64,000 nt of DNA from a virus: IMG/VR virus record IMGVR_UViG_3300025674_007777, positions 8,472 through 72,471 of that record. One strand, written 5' to 3'. The notes under the pieces were generated by a model. That model worked only from the letters and a program-made list of their open reading frames with translations. It made no database searches and was not told where the DNA came from. The position numbers and the translations under genes are program-made. Below are positions 29,689-38,721 of this stretch, piece after piece; the stretch's first letter is position 1; each line of letters starts with the position of its first letter.

Positions 29689-30884
29689 TCGAAATCCAAT
29701 GTTAACTGATTGTTATATGCTGGCCCGGCAATCAATGCTTCAATGTACTCCTTCTCATGCCAAACATTAAGTTCTTTATCAAAATCATTTGCCACAATAA
29801 ATGCTTCTGTTCTACGACCAAGATCAGAACGATCGACAATATGTGGATGTGCCATCGGAGCTTCGATTGCATCTTCAATGGTTTCCAGAGCATCTGAAAC
29901 ATCAAACGGTTTATACATACGCTTCGGTGTAATGAATTCAGGAAAACTTCTGAAGAATGGATATACAATGTCTGCACCAAATGCTGTAGCTTCAATTGCT
30001 GTCCAGGAAACATAATCTTGAAGTGATGAATTGAACTGAATCTTACAAGTTGCTAATTCTGTATAATATTCCTGTTTAGTCAATCCACTCAAGAGTTTGA
30101 ATCGGGGCTGACGCTTCGCCAATGCTTTCAATTCTTCAATGACTCCTGGTACCATACTTCTGAACTCCTTACCAGAGGTAGTGACATGCCATTCATAATC
30201 CGGACGATAAGATAAAAAGGATTCGGCAACCTTCATCATGAAGAAAGGATTTTTTTCTTTATCCAATCGAGAAGAATATACAATTACCTTCTTCTTCTCA
30301 TAATTGCCGGCAGGTAGTTTAGTTAGAGTTGCGTCCTTATGAATAGGCAATGACACTACATGGATTGGAGCATTAAATCCTGCTTCACGTAGCTGCTGTT
30401 TATGAATGGTACTACCTACAAATATACCAGACATTCGTTTATCTAAACCTAGTTCGTAATGTCTCATCCAATCTCGCATTGGATAAGTGAAATCATATTC
30501 ATCGACTGATTGTGCATGTAACATGGCATACACTTTCACATTAATACCATAAAGATCTAATGCGTACCATATGGCATCCAAACCAGGTGTCCAATAATCT
30601 TGCAAGAAGATAATGTCATTGTCTTTAACTTTACCTTCATTGATCATTTTCAGAAACTGATTGCATTGGCTCAGTGAATATACACCTCTGCCAACCGCAT
30701 CTAACACTGCGCCGACCTTTATTTCCTGATCAACCATTTCTCCCTCGACTTCGACGAAGTTCAAGCTTCTTGCATAAGGTTCGAATGCCTTAGGCATCCA
30801 CTCTTTTGATAATTGAAAAGTATATCTACTTTTAATTGGTTCTAAACTGAAATACCACAAATTTCTTTTCATATCTTTTTTCAT
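29685..30884 (-). CDS. GT-B glycosyltransferase coupled to dpdA
   Basis: SSRLDKEKNP, SSLQDYVSWTAIEA, SFPE; 4-nt overlap with dpdA. Confidence 0.8.
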   Translation of the reverse strand: MKKDMKRNLWYFSLEPIKSRYTFQLSKEWMPKAFEPYARSLNFVEVEGEMVDQEIKVGAVLDAVGRGVYSLSQCNQFLKMINEGKVKDNDIIFLQDYWTPGLDAIWYALDLYGINVKVYAMLHAQSVDEYDFTYPMRDWMRHYELGLDKRMSGIFVGSTIHKQQLREAGFNAPIHVVSLPIHKDATLTKLPAGNYEKKKVIVYSSRLDKEKNPFFMMKVAESFLSYRPDYEWHVTTSGKEFRSMVPGVIEELKALAKRQPRFKLLSGLTKQEYYTELATCKIQFNSSLQDYVSWTAIEATAFGADIVYPFFRSFPEFITPKRMYKPFDVSDALETIEDAIEAPMAHPHIVDRSDLGRRTEAFIVANDFDKELNVWHEKEYIEALIAGPAYNNQLTLDFE

Positions 30885-31318
30885 AATGCTCTATCAAATT
30901 TATAATCATCCGGTGTCACATGCTGCATGTTCTGTATACTTGTACAATATAATGAATAATCTGCATACAACACTTTGATGCTGTCATTTTCTTTCAACAA
31001 GGATGCATCCTCCGCTTCCATCATGAACATGATATGAGCATATACTCGTACCATGGCTGGAATGTGTTTCAACATACCTGGTTGCACTTCTATGGTCACC
31101 GGAACCTCTTGTACAATCATTAAGTTCAATAACCAATCCCAATCCAATGGAGATGTCCTATCAATGAGCTGTCTAGTTGCTGGCGTACATATGTAGATAT
31201 GTGGGGCATCTGGACGCTTTGGCGTTTCCGGAGTGAAGTTTCCAATGAAAAATGTCATGATGTCTGTGAATCGACCTTCACATTCTTTTCCGTACCAATA
31301 ATCTTTTATTCCTAACAT
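30881..31318 (-). CDS. Hypothetical protein, first gene of the GT-dpdA unit
   Basis: 145 aa, overlaps the GT start. Confidence 0.7.
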   Translation of the reverse strand: MLGIKDYWYGKECEGRFTDIMTFFIGNFTPETPKRPDAPHIYICTPATRQLIDRTSPLDWDWLLNLMIVQEVPVTIEVQPGMLKHIPAMVRVYAHIMFMMEAEDASLLKENDSIKVLYADYSLYCTSIQNMQHVTPDDYKFDRAL

Positions 31319-31322
31319 AAAC

Positions 31323-31354
31323 TAAATATAAGTTAAATAATTCAATTATCCTAA
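31323..31354 (-). promoter_or_regulatory. Bipartite early/middle promoter
   Basis: TTAG-N20-TATATTTA, 4 nt before the ATG at 31318. Confidence 0.6.
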
Positions 31355-33834
31355 CCAAATGAGAAGAATTTTTGCAAATTGTTGTTATCTGGTATCTTGC
31401 CCCAATTCAATGCACCATAGAAGTCATCCAATTTGTTCTGAAATGCTGATCTGAATATCTTATCATGATCAATAAATTGGGTAACGTAATCATAAAGGGC
31501 TTCTGGATCTTCCATACCTTTCAGTGCCATCACATCTAATCGCAATGGATTATTCTTCAGATATGTCCATCTGATCTTTTCGCCGTTCACAATCTCTCTG
31601 ACATTGAACACATTATGATATCTAAGCATGTCATTGTAATTCAGCGCTGCTTTGGCGTGAACCGGCGTACCCTTAGGCCTTGGAGCAAATGTGTCAGCCC
31701 CTGATATCTGATACTTCTTGATGTTCTTGATACCCGTAGGGAACATGATCTGATCTATGGTCATGCCTTTGATATCATCTTTGAATTTCAATATCTTGGC
31801 ATCCAGATCATTCTTCTCAATGTCATTCAGAATATCCTCCAGAACTTCGGCCATGAAGGATCGGAATGCAGGTGGGAATGAAGATCTTACCACATCCAAT
31901 CCTTTGACATCTAATCTGGAAATGGTGTGCCCTTCCTGATTGATCAACCACTGAGCATATCTTTTCTTAGCAATCCAGAGACCTGCCTTTGCAACGAACT
32001 CCTGTTTGATGTCAAATCTATGTTTATCTACATGATGGAACCGTTTAGCATAGATGTTATATGCATTGTTAATGAATGACTGCATTTCAGTTGCAATCTC
32101 AATGGTGCGATCGGCCATCCACTTTTCATCAGTCTCATCAAATGTTTCAAACCGTTTCTCAATCAGAGGCAATGATGAGAAGAACACTGAATCAGTATCA
32201 ATGTATATGTTATAATCTTTCTTCACTCCAAGTTCATTCTCATAGAACTTGTTACCAATGTCTGCAGTGAATTTGATCAACTGCTGGCCTGTACTTGTGA
32301 TGGCGACAGCATTGTCGGGGTCAAAGAATCTGAAAGTAGGATTACCCAATACTCCATAAAATGAATTCAGAAGAATCTTAGTCACCAACTGCATACGATC
32401 AAAGTATTCAGCTTGTTCCTTGTTACCCTCCTTCTCATATTTCTTACGCAGATTCTTATATTCAACTCGCTCATTGAACCAGTTATCAAGAATGGTTGGC
32501 AGAAAGCCATTCAGCTTCTTATCATAGATAACACCGTTGGCTGCAATGGAATAATCATTCTCATCCAGATATTTTTTCAATGCAGTCGTATCCTCCCAAC
32601 CATTCCATCCATCAGTGTAATGTTGACCTTTGCCCTTCACATAACTGTTGCCATCAAAATTATCTATCTTTGTGACTTTGGTTTCTGGTGATATGTTCAG
32701 AGTCATGATGATTGACGGATATAGAGATGTCAAATCCAAATCATATACCCATTTATATCTACCTGGATTAGGTGGCTTCACATATGCTCCTAACAAATCT
32801 AATGGTTCCGAAGAATCTCTGGTCGCACGTGATGGTGCCACAATGTTCAAGCGTTTCAGATATGTGAGAGCAGCTCCATCCAGATATCTGGTTGCAAATA
32901 TGAAATCATCATATGCGACATGACCTTTGTGACAAATACCTCTTGCAAGATCAATCAATTTCATTTTCTCATCAAGCTCATAGACCAGATCCACATCCGT
33001 CATGTTGTAATCAATGAACTTCATGATATCTTCTCTCATCAGATCATCCAATGAGCCATCATACTTCACTTTACCTTTGCCTAACTCTTTCTGTGAAATA
33101 GCTTCCAGAGAATAACTACTCTCCTGCGAATATGTAAAGTTCTTATACAATGCCATGTAATCCAAACTAGCAACACCTGAAATACGATAACGATTTCTAT
33201 GCTTCATCCAGATCACATCTTTGATAGGAGACAACTGCCTTGCTCGAGATTCTCCTAACAATTTGCTCATTCGATTGAACAGATAAGGAACGTCAAAGAA
33301 ATCAATGTTCCAGCCTGTTATGATGGTTGGTTGTATCTCAACATATTTTCTGAGAAACTTATCTAACAGCTCATGCTCTGTGGCACAGGACACAACTGTC
33401 TTGTTGTCAATGATCTGATTCTCTACTGTACCATCAGGATCTAAAATCCATACCACTCGCTGCTTCTTTGATGCATCCAATATTGCTATGGATGTAACTG
33501 CATTCTCTGCAGTCTCTGGAGTAGGAAACTTATCTGTGGTGTCAACCTCAATATCAAAAAACAATGTTCGATGACCCGTTGATATCTCATCTGAATCAGT
33601 ATACAGATCTATCAGTGTTCTTGTCTCTGGACTTATGTCTGCCTCATATAATCCAGGTTCTCCTCTTTCAAATTCAAATACCTTTTCTACCTGCTGCCCA
33701 TCCAATGCCACATACTTACCATATCTGCTTTTGCGATAAGCATATGGCTTGTATTTGATCTTCTTGTAACCTGTAGTGTCGTCCCATAAATGTATGGTGT
33801 TATCACTTTTTCTATATGATATTGCTTGATACAT
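31351..33834 (-). CDS. Family B DNA polymerase
   Basis: FDIE exonuclease I, GWNIDFFD, DLTSLYPS, KILLNSFYG, YIDTDS, KKRY. Confidence 0.97.
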   Translation of the reverse strand: MYQAISYRKSDNTIHLWDDTTGYKKIKYKPYAYRKSRYGKYVALDGQQVEKVFEFERGEPGLYEADISPETRTLIDLYTDSDEISTGHRTLFFDIEVDTTDKFPTPETAENAVTSIAILDASKKQRVVWILDPDGTVENQIIDNKTVVSCATEHELLDKFLRKYVEIQPTIITGWNIDFFDVPYLFNRMSKLLGESRARQLSPIKDVIWMKHRNRYRISGVASLDYMALYKNFTYSQESSYSLEAISQKELGKGKVKYDGSLDDLMREDIMKFIDYNMTDVDLVYELDEKMKLIDLARGICHKGHVAYDDFIFATRYLDGAALTYLKRLNIVAPSRATRDSSEPLDLLGAYVKPPNPGRYKWVYDLDLTSLYPSIIMTLNISPETKVTKIDNFDGNSYVKGKGQHYTDGWNGWEDTTALKKYLDENDYSIAANGVIYDKKLNGFLPTILDNWFNERVEYKNLRKKYEKEGNKEQAEYFDRMQLVTKILLNSFYGVLGNPTFRFFDPDNAVAITSTGQQLIKFTADIGNKFYENELGVKKDYNIYIDTDSVFFSSLPLIEKRFETFDETDEKWMADRTIEIATEMQSFINNAYNIYAKRFHHVDKHRFDIKQEFVAKAGLWIAKKRYAQWLINQEGHTISRLDVKGLDVVRSSFPPAFRSFMAEVLEDILNDIEKNDLDAKILKFKDDIKGMTIDQIMFPTGIKNIKKYQISGADTFAPRPKGTPVHAKAALNYNDMLRYHNVFNVREIVNGEKIRWTYLKNNPLRLDVMALKGMEDPEALYDYVTQFIDHDKIFRSAFQNKLDDFYGALNWGKIPDNNNLQKFFSFG

Positions 33835-34334
33835 TAAACTATGTGTATATCCTTTAAGTTTCTGTTCAGTGAATTATTGTCCATACCATACCCGTACACC
33901 CAATCATCGCCAATTTCAAATCCATAAAAATCTGCTCTTTGTGGACCATTCTTACGTTGCAGTAATGCTACAACACGAACTTCTTCTGGTAACATTTCGT
34001 TTACTCGAAGTACAACTTCTAACATGGTGTTACCCGTGTCCAAAATGTCATCAACAATGTATGCTCGCTGACCACGAATATGCATTTCCATATCTTTGGT
34101 GAATATCACTCCTCCGGAATTGTCTTTGCCGACATATGATTTGGCTCGAACAAAATCTACCTGCACATCTAGATCCATCTCTCTGATCAGATCTGCAAAG
34201 AATATGCTAGCCCCGTTCAATACACATACCATAACCGGAGGATGTTCATTACCTGAACTTCTATGGTCTTCCACAATTTCCTGAGCCAACTGTTTAACTC
34301 TGGCTTTGATATCTGCCTCTTTAATTAGTACCAT
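33834..34334 (-). CDS. hpt: Hypoxanthine/guanine phosphoribosyltransferase
   Basis: VLNGA..FFADL, KSY, VDDILDTGNT (PRPP loop), YGYGMD; likely start MVLIKE. Confidence 0.9.
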   Translation of the reverse strand: MVLIKEADIKARVKQLAQEIVEDHRSSGNEHPPVMVCVLNGASIFFADLIREMDLDVQVDFVRAKSYVGKDNSGGVIFTKDMEMHIRGQRAYIVDDILDTGNTMLEVVLRVNEMLPEEVRVVALLQRKNGPQRADFYGFEIGDDWVYGYGMDNNSLNRNLKDIHIV

Positions 34335-34992
34335 ATCCTCTGACAAATTCGTAATATTCATTTCTGGTCGCAGAATCATCTTTGAATGCGCCAGTTAACT
34401 TACTAGTCTTCATGCTAGCGCCACCGTGCTTCACACCACGACATTGCACGCAATTATGAGTGGCTTCTATCATTACTGCCACACCTGCATTGTCTTCTAT
34501 GATGGCATCAACTGCATGATGTATTGCAACAGTTAACTGTTCCTGTATAGCACCTCTTCTGCCGAAATGCTCTACCAATCGATTCAGTTTTGATAATCCA
34601 ATCACTTTACCATCTTTACCTGGTATGTATGCAACATGTACCACACCCATGATAGTTTGATGATGATGTGAACACATGGAAGTCAAAGGAATACCTCCTT
34701 CAAACACAATACCATCATATCCATCAGATGGGAATGTAGTTATCTCAGGTGGGGCATCATATCGACCAGCCCAAAGATCTCTCACATATGCTTTTGCAAC
34801 ACGATAAGGTGTTTTATCTGAATTCGGATCATTGCGCCAATCCACACCTAAGGCATCTAAAAATTTACCAAATGCTTCTTCAGCATCTGCAATCATTAGT
34901 TGTTTCTCTTCTTCTGTCAAAGGCCTACCTTCAGCTGCGCCATTGGCATAACCGGCCTTTACTAGTTCTAAATTTACTTTGTTTTCACACAT
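34321..34992 (-). CDS. folE: GTP cyclohydrolase I
   Basis: TPYRVAK, SMCSHH, IGLSKLNR, IQEQLT, HNCVQCRGV. Confidence 0.95.
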   Translation of the reverse strand: MCENKVNLELVKAGYANGAAEGRPLTEEEKQLMIADAEEAFGKFLDALGVDWRNDPNSDKTPYRVAKAYVRDLWAGRYDAPPEITTFPSDGYDGIVFEGGIPLTSMCSHHHQTIMGVVHVAYIPGKDGKVIGLSKLNRLVEHFGRRGAIQEQLTVAIHHAVDAIIEDNAGVAVMIEATHNCVQCRGVKHGGASMKTSKLTGAFKDDSATRNEYYEFVRGYGTN

Positions 34993-35019
34993 ATAATTCT
35001 TCAGTGTTTTTATTACGAA

Positions 35020-35316
35020 TTATTGATTTGATACCATTACAATTTCTGATTCTCTAACTAAAACATATGTCTCATCATCAAATGACACTTCATTGTCTCC
35101 TTTCAACCATCGTGATGCAACTAATACTGTATCATCAACTTTACAAGTCATTGCAATTCTGTCTCCTGTCTGAGTGAACAATCCTGGGCCAACAGCTATG
35201 ACATCTGCATATTCATAATTGTTAGACTCAGTGGTCAGAATTATACCACCTTTAGTAGTTTCCTGACCCTCTTGCTTTTTGAGAAGAACATAATCGCCCA
35301 TAGGTTTCATTTTCAT
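35020..35316 (-). CDS. groES: Co-chaperonin GroES
   Basis: KPMGDYV, TKGGIIL, VIAVGPG, VRESEI. Confidence 0.92.
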   Translation of the reverse strand: MKMKPMGDYVLLKKQEGQETTKGGIILTTESNNYEYADVIAVGPGLFTQTGDRIAMTCKVDDTVLVASRWLKGDNEVSFDDETYVLVRESEIVMVSNQ

Positions 35317-35334
35317 ACTCGTTCCTTTATACTA

Positions 35335-35366
35335 TAAATTTAAGAAATATTTGGCAATTAACCAAA
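35335..35366 (-). promoter_or_regulatory. Bipartite early/middle promoter
   Basis: TTTG-N20-TAAATTTA upstream of groES. Confidence 0.55.
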
Positions 35367-35383
35367 TTTATACGCATTTTTTT

Positions 35384-36169
35384 CTACACCATTCTCTCAG
35401 TTCCGAACGCCATAATATGGCTTCTTCCAGTAAACCTCCATCCTCTATCTCTAACAAAGTTCATTACTACAGGATAGGATTCTTGTAGAGCTGGAATATC
35501 ATCACCTGCTGGCATACACCAAACCTTTTCATCTGGTATCTCTAGATCTTTAACGAATTCTTCTACTTCCGGAAGAATGCTTAGTTCTTTATCTAATACA
35601 GGTTTGATATGATAATCTTTATGATATTCGATAGAAGCTTTGATTGCTTCTTTATTCAATCGCTTACTGTTATGTTTTATAATCATCTTTTCATCCACTA
35701 TTTCTCCTAATGGAGTTTTTGTTCCTACTACAGGAATGGAATTGCTGAACTTAGGTGAAATAGATAAAAGATCAATAGGATAATCAGTTTCTAAGAAATG
35801 AGATCCTTCAGTTTCAATGGTAATGAAGATTCCTCGCTCATGAGCAAAATGAGTTAATTCATTTACTAGAGCAGGATGCATTGTAGGAGAACCTCCTGTT
35901 AGCATCATCTCTTTGATATGAGGATTATCATCATACATTTTGATAATGTCGTTAAAACAGAAGGTTCCTTTTTCCGGATGGATGGAGGTGTACCATGAAT
36001 CACACCACCCGCCTTCACCGAAAAAACATCTGTGAGTACATCCTGATGTTCTAACCACAATGGTAGGATAACCTTGTCTTGAGCCTTCAGATTGAACTGC
36101 CGTATAGAGTTCTAATACCTGTAAAGGCTTTTCATAACTTCTTAATCTTTTACACTTCATATATTGCAC
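35384..36169 (-). CDS. queE: 7-carboxy-7-deazaguanine synthase (radical SAM)
   Basis: QSEG, RTSGCTHRC...WCDS, LTGGSP, IETEG, SISPK. Confidence 0.9.
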   Translation of the reverse strand: MQYMKCKRLRSYEKPLQVLELYTAVQSEGSRQGYPTIVVRTSGCTHRCFFGEGGWCDSWYTSIHPEKGTFCFNDIIKMYDDNPHIKEMMLTGGSPTMHPALVNELTHFAHERGIFITIETEGSHFLETDYPIDLLSISPKFSNSIPVVGTKTPLGEIVDEKMIIKHNSKRLNKEAIKASIEYHKDYHIKPVLDKELSILPEVEEFVKDLEIPDEKVWCMPAGDDIPALQESYPVVMNFVRDRGWRFTGRSHIMAFGTERMV

Positions 36170-36617
36170 TATTTTTTTCGTGTTCTTTAACTTCTACTGA
36201 TACTACACGACATCTGCCATTCGTATCTTTTGTCACCCACTCATTGAGTTTATGATAAAAATATTCTGCAAACTTCTCTGCTCCTACAGCAGGTAACACT
36301 CGTAACTGAACTATGCCATGTTGATCCAAAGCTTCGAAAGTTGACAATGCAGGATCATCCTCTGATAAGATAACTGTATGATCTAACATGTATGCCAACC
36401 AGTCTTTAAGATTCATGCCATCGATAAGTTCCTCAGATCTTTTTGCTCTGCCGAAATCAACTACCCAGTTTCTGAAATCTAGATCGCCTTCATAGGTCAC
36501 TTTCAGAGATACTGAATATCCATGTAGAAATTGGCAATGTGTATCAATTGCTTTCCATTGACGAAAGCAAGTAGAATAACCATCATATATTTTTGTAGAT
36601 CTAAATCTTTCCTGCAT
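36150..36617 (-). CDS. queD: 6-carboxytetrahydropterin synthase
   Basis: HCQFLHGY, VVDFG, LDH, AEKFA, EHEKNSA. Confidence 0.88.
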   Translation of the reverse strand: MQERFRSTKIYDGYSTCFRQWKAIDTHCQFLHGYSVSLKVTYEGDLDFRNWVVDFGRAKRSEELIDGMNLKDWLAYMLDHTVILSEDDPALSTFEALDQHGIVQLRVLPAVGAEKFAEYFYHKLNEWVTKDTNGRCRVVSVEVKEHEKNSAIYEV

Positions 36618-36735
36618 ACTGTAACAATTTATATACTATGAAATTCAGTGAAGCAAAACCGCCCACCAATAACGTCCAAATGTTCATATGACCTTCGCCA
36701 CATAAACCAAAAACATGTCTCAGAAATTCTGTCAT
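36601..36735 (-). CDS. Small membrane peptide (44 aa)
   Basis: Hand translation MTEFLRHVFGLCGEGHMNIWTLLVGGFASLNFIVYKLLQYAGKI; overlaps both neighbours. Confidence 0.6.
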   Translation of the reverse strand: MTEFLRHVFGLCGEGHMNIWTLLVGGFASLNFIVYKLLQYAGKI

Positions 36736-36914
36736 TGCGTTTCTTCATATGGTATCAACTCAATACCATCTGTTAATAAATACGATGTAGACTCCAAATG
36801 AAGTGGTTTGGCCATTGACCAGTCATCACTCCATTGAAAAACGCCTTTCATCATACCAATATAAACTTTGCCCATTGCATTCACAACTGCATATTGTTTA
36901 TCACTACTATACAT
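36732..36914 (-). CDS. Hypothetical protein
   Basis: Likely start MYSSDKQ, just after the promoter motif. Confidence 0.6.
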   Translation of the reverse strand: MYSSDKQYAVVNAMGKVYIGMMKGVFQWSDDWSMAKPLHLESTSYLLTDGIELIPYEETQ

Positions 36915-36920
36915 ATAGCT

Positions 36921-36952
36921 TAAATATAAGAAATTTTTTGCAATGAACCAAA
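36921..36952 (-). promoter_or_regulatory. Bipartite early/middle promoter
   Basis: TTTG-N20-TATATTTA, 6 nt before the ATG at 36914. Confidence 0.65.
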
Positions 36953-37258
36953 TCAATATTCTCCAAAATGTGTCCAAGCCAACCAATACTTTCTGCCATT
37001 CATTCGATATGATGACACCTTATCAAAGTCAGCATCATAGCTGGTCATCTCATTGAGCATCTTATGCTCATTGTCAAAGAAAGTGAAATTGTCTGGACTA
37101 TCATATTTGGATTTGATACCACCCGGTGATGACTTATGTTCTCGACCATTGAGCAGATCAAAAAACATGTCTTTCAAAGCCAATTGGTCTCGACGGTCCA
37201 TAGATTTGCGATCAAACGCATAACGCACATTCTTGTAACTAATATTTCTTCTTGCCAT
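36953..37258 (-). CDS. Hypothetical protein
   Basis: 101 aa ORF with promoter upstream. Confidence 0.65.
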   Translation of the reverse strand: MARRNISYKNVRYAFDRKSMDRRDQLALKDMFFDLLNGREHKSSPGGIKSKYDSPDNFTFFDNEHKMLNEMTSYDADFDKVSSYRMNGRKYWLAWTHFGEY

Positions 37259-37274
37259 TTATTTAATTTATACC

Positions 37275-37305
37275 TTAATATAAGAAATTATTCTGTAATA
37301 TCAAA
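37275..37305 (-). promoter_or_regulatory. Bipartite early/middle promoter
   Basis: TTTG-N19-TATATTAA. Confidence 0.6.
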
Positions 37306-37960
37306 GTCTTTTTTTACTTTTAAATGCCTGATCTAATCCGAAATATTTGGATTTGTAATCGCCTTGATCATCAGCATTCAAATTCATCCATTCAGATTGA
37401 TGTCGCATCAACAGTTTTGCAAAATGTTCCCAATCGGTTGCCAACACTCGTTGCTGCATGTCATACAAATGATCTTCAAGTTCGTTCCATTCATATGCCA
37501 GGAAGTCCCATTCCCAATGCACCAACTCTATACATTCATGTTCCGTCATGTAATCAATGCAGAAATCTGTACCCCACTTTCTGAATGCATGCGCAAACTT
37601 CCAAAGTTCTGGTCTTGTTCTTGCAGCTCTCTTCACCTGCTCCAAAGCATCTCCGGCCAACTGATATGCAGTACAGCAATATGAATGATCCAGATATATG
37701 TTATCATGATAATCAGGTTGATCGAACCAAGGTAGTATAGCAGCATGCCAACTATCATCTCCACCCGTTTCTTTTGCTATCACATCCTTCTCGGTGAGTG
37801 CAATGCCTTGAGCCTTGTAAAATTCTTGCTCTATAGGCAGAAGTTCATAACCTTCTCTGTCAAAATTATCCAATCTGCAACTATGTAACAGTGATTCATC
37901 TTCAATTGGTGTTGTCAAGAAACAATCTTTAACAAGCTGAACGTTATGGAGTTTGAGCAT
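37301..37960 (-). CDS. Hypothetical protein
   Basis: 219 aa ORF; no motif recognised. Confidence 0.7.
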   Translation of the reverse strand: MLKLHNVQLVKDCFLTTPIEDESLLHSCRLDNFDREGYELLPIEQEFYKAQGIALTEKDVIAKETGGDDSWHAAILPWFDQPDYHDNIYLDHSYCCTAYQLAGDALEQVKRAARTRPELWKFAHAFRKWGTDFCIDYMTEHECIELVHWEWDFLAYEWNELEDHLYDMQQRVLATDWEHFAKLLMRHQSEWMNLNADDQGDYKSKYFGLDQAFKSKKRL

Positions 37961-38346
37961 TATTTTATCCTACTATCTGATGCACTGAATTTAGATTTTT
38001 CAAAACCTTCATAACTCATTTCACCATTAGTGGACTTCACTCTACCTACAATGTTACCAACCATATCACCACCGGTCAATTCATAAATCATCTCAATGAT
38101 GGCTTCCTTCTTTTCCAGATCAACTCTAGCTTCTGCCATCACATGACCTTGTTTCACAATCAGATCAAAATCACCAAGATCCTTCACATTGTGAATGAAG
38201 AAATGCTTGTCATCTTCTGTTTTCTGATATTGAAATGCATATTTGTTTCCAAATCTGCTGTTGAAGTACTGCACATACTTTTCCGCTTCTGTGACTATGT
38301 TAGCGTCAAAGCTTTCTTTTATAAGAGATGTTAATTTGATAGACAT
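37960..38346 (-). CDS. Hypothetical protein (possible head-internal protein)
   Basis: N-terminus MSIKLTSLIKES; late-type motif at 38353-38361. Confidence 0.65.
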   Translation of the reverse strand: MSIKLTSLIKESFDANIVTEAEKYVQYFNSRFGNKYAFQYQKTEDDKHFFIHNVKDLGDFDLIVKQGHVMAEARVDLEKKEAIIEMIYELTGGDMVGNIVGRVKSTNGEMSYEGFEKSKFSASDSRIK

Positions 38347-38360
38347 TTTTCTAATAAATA

Positions 38361-38588
38361 TTATGATAATTGGACTATCATCATACCATAATTTTTAGGA
38401 TCTGTTTCTCCTACGAGCTGATATTCTGCTAACACTTCATGCACTTTCATCTTCATGTCTGAACTGTTACCTGTTATGATGAATGCCTGATGCATACCTG
38501 TTAACAAAGCATCTCCCAGGAACATGTCCATGGTTCTACGCACATCTCGATGTCGAACTCCATGCAGATCCAATTCCATTGTCTTCAT
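38361..38588 (-). CDS. Stand-alone Smr-domain protein
   Basis: LDLHG...IITG...M...V..VL pattern. Confidence 0.8.
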   Translation of the reverse strand: MKTMELDLHGVRHRDVRRTMDMFLGDALLTGMHQAFIITGNSSDMKMKVHEVLAEYQLVGETDPKNYGMMIVQLS

Positions 38589-38589
38589 A

Positions 38590-38715
38590 TCATTTACCTA
38601 AATTTGTATTGCCTTTCTGATGCTTAGGATAATATGGACAATTGCGACACTTCAAACCACAACAATAACCTCTCGCTTTGAGCTGCTCTGCTGTCATTGG
38701 CCGCAATTGTCCCAT
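38590..38715 (-). CDS. Small Cys-rich protein (RGxCCGxxCxxCPY type)
   Basis: Hand translation MGQLRPMTAEQLKARGYCCGLKCRNCPYYPKHQKGNTNLGK. Confidence 0.7.
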   Translation of the reverse strand: MGQLRPMTAEQLKARGYCCGLKCRNCPYYPKHQKGNTNLGK

Positions 38716-38721
38716 TATCAC

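Noticed and set aside
28501-36617. Queuosine tRNA-modification auxiliary pathway
   Set aside because: No queC/queF/queA or tRNA genes in the window, and the TGT-like gene sits among DNA replication genes, so DNA modification is the better reading, though unproven.
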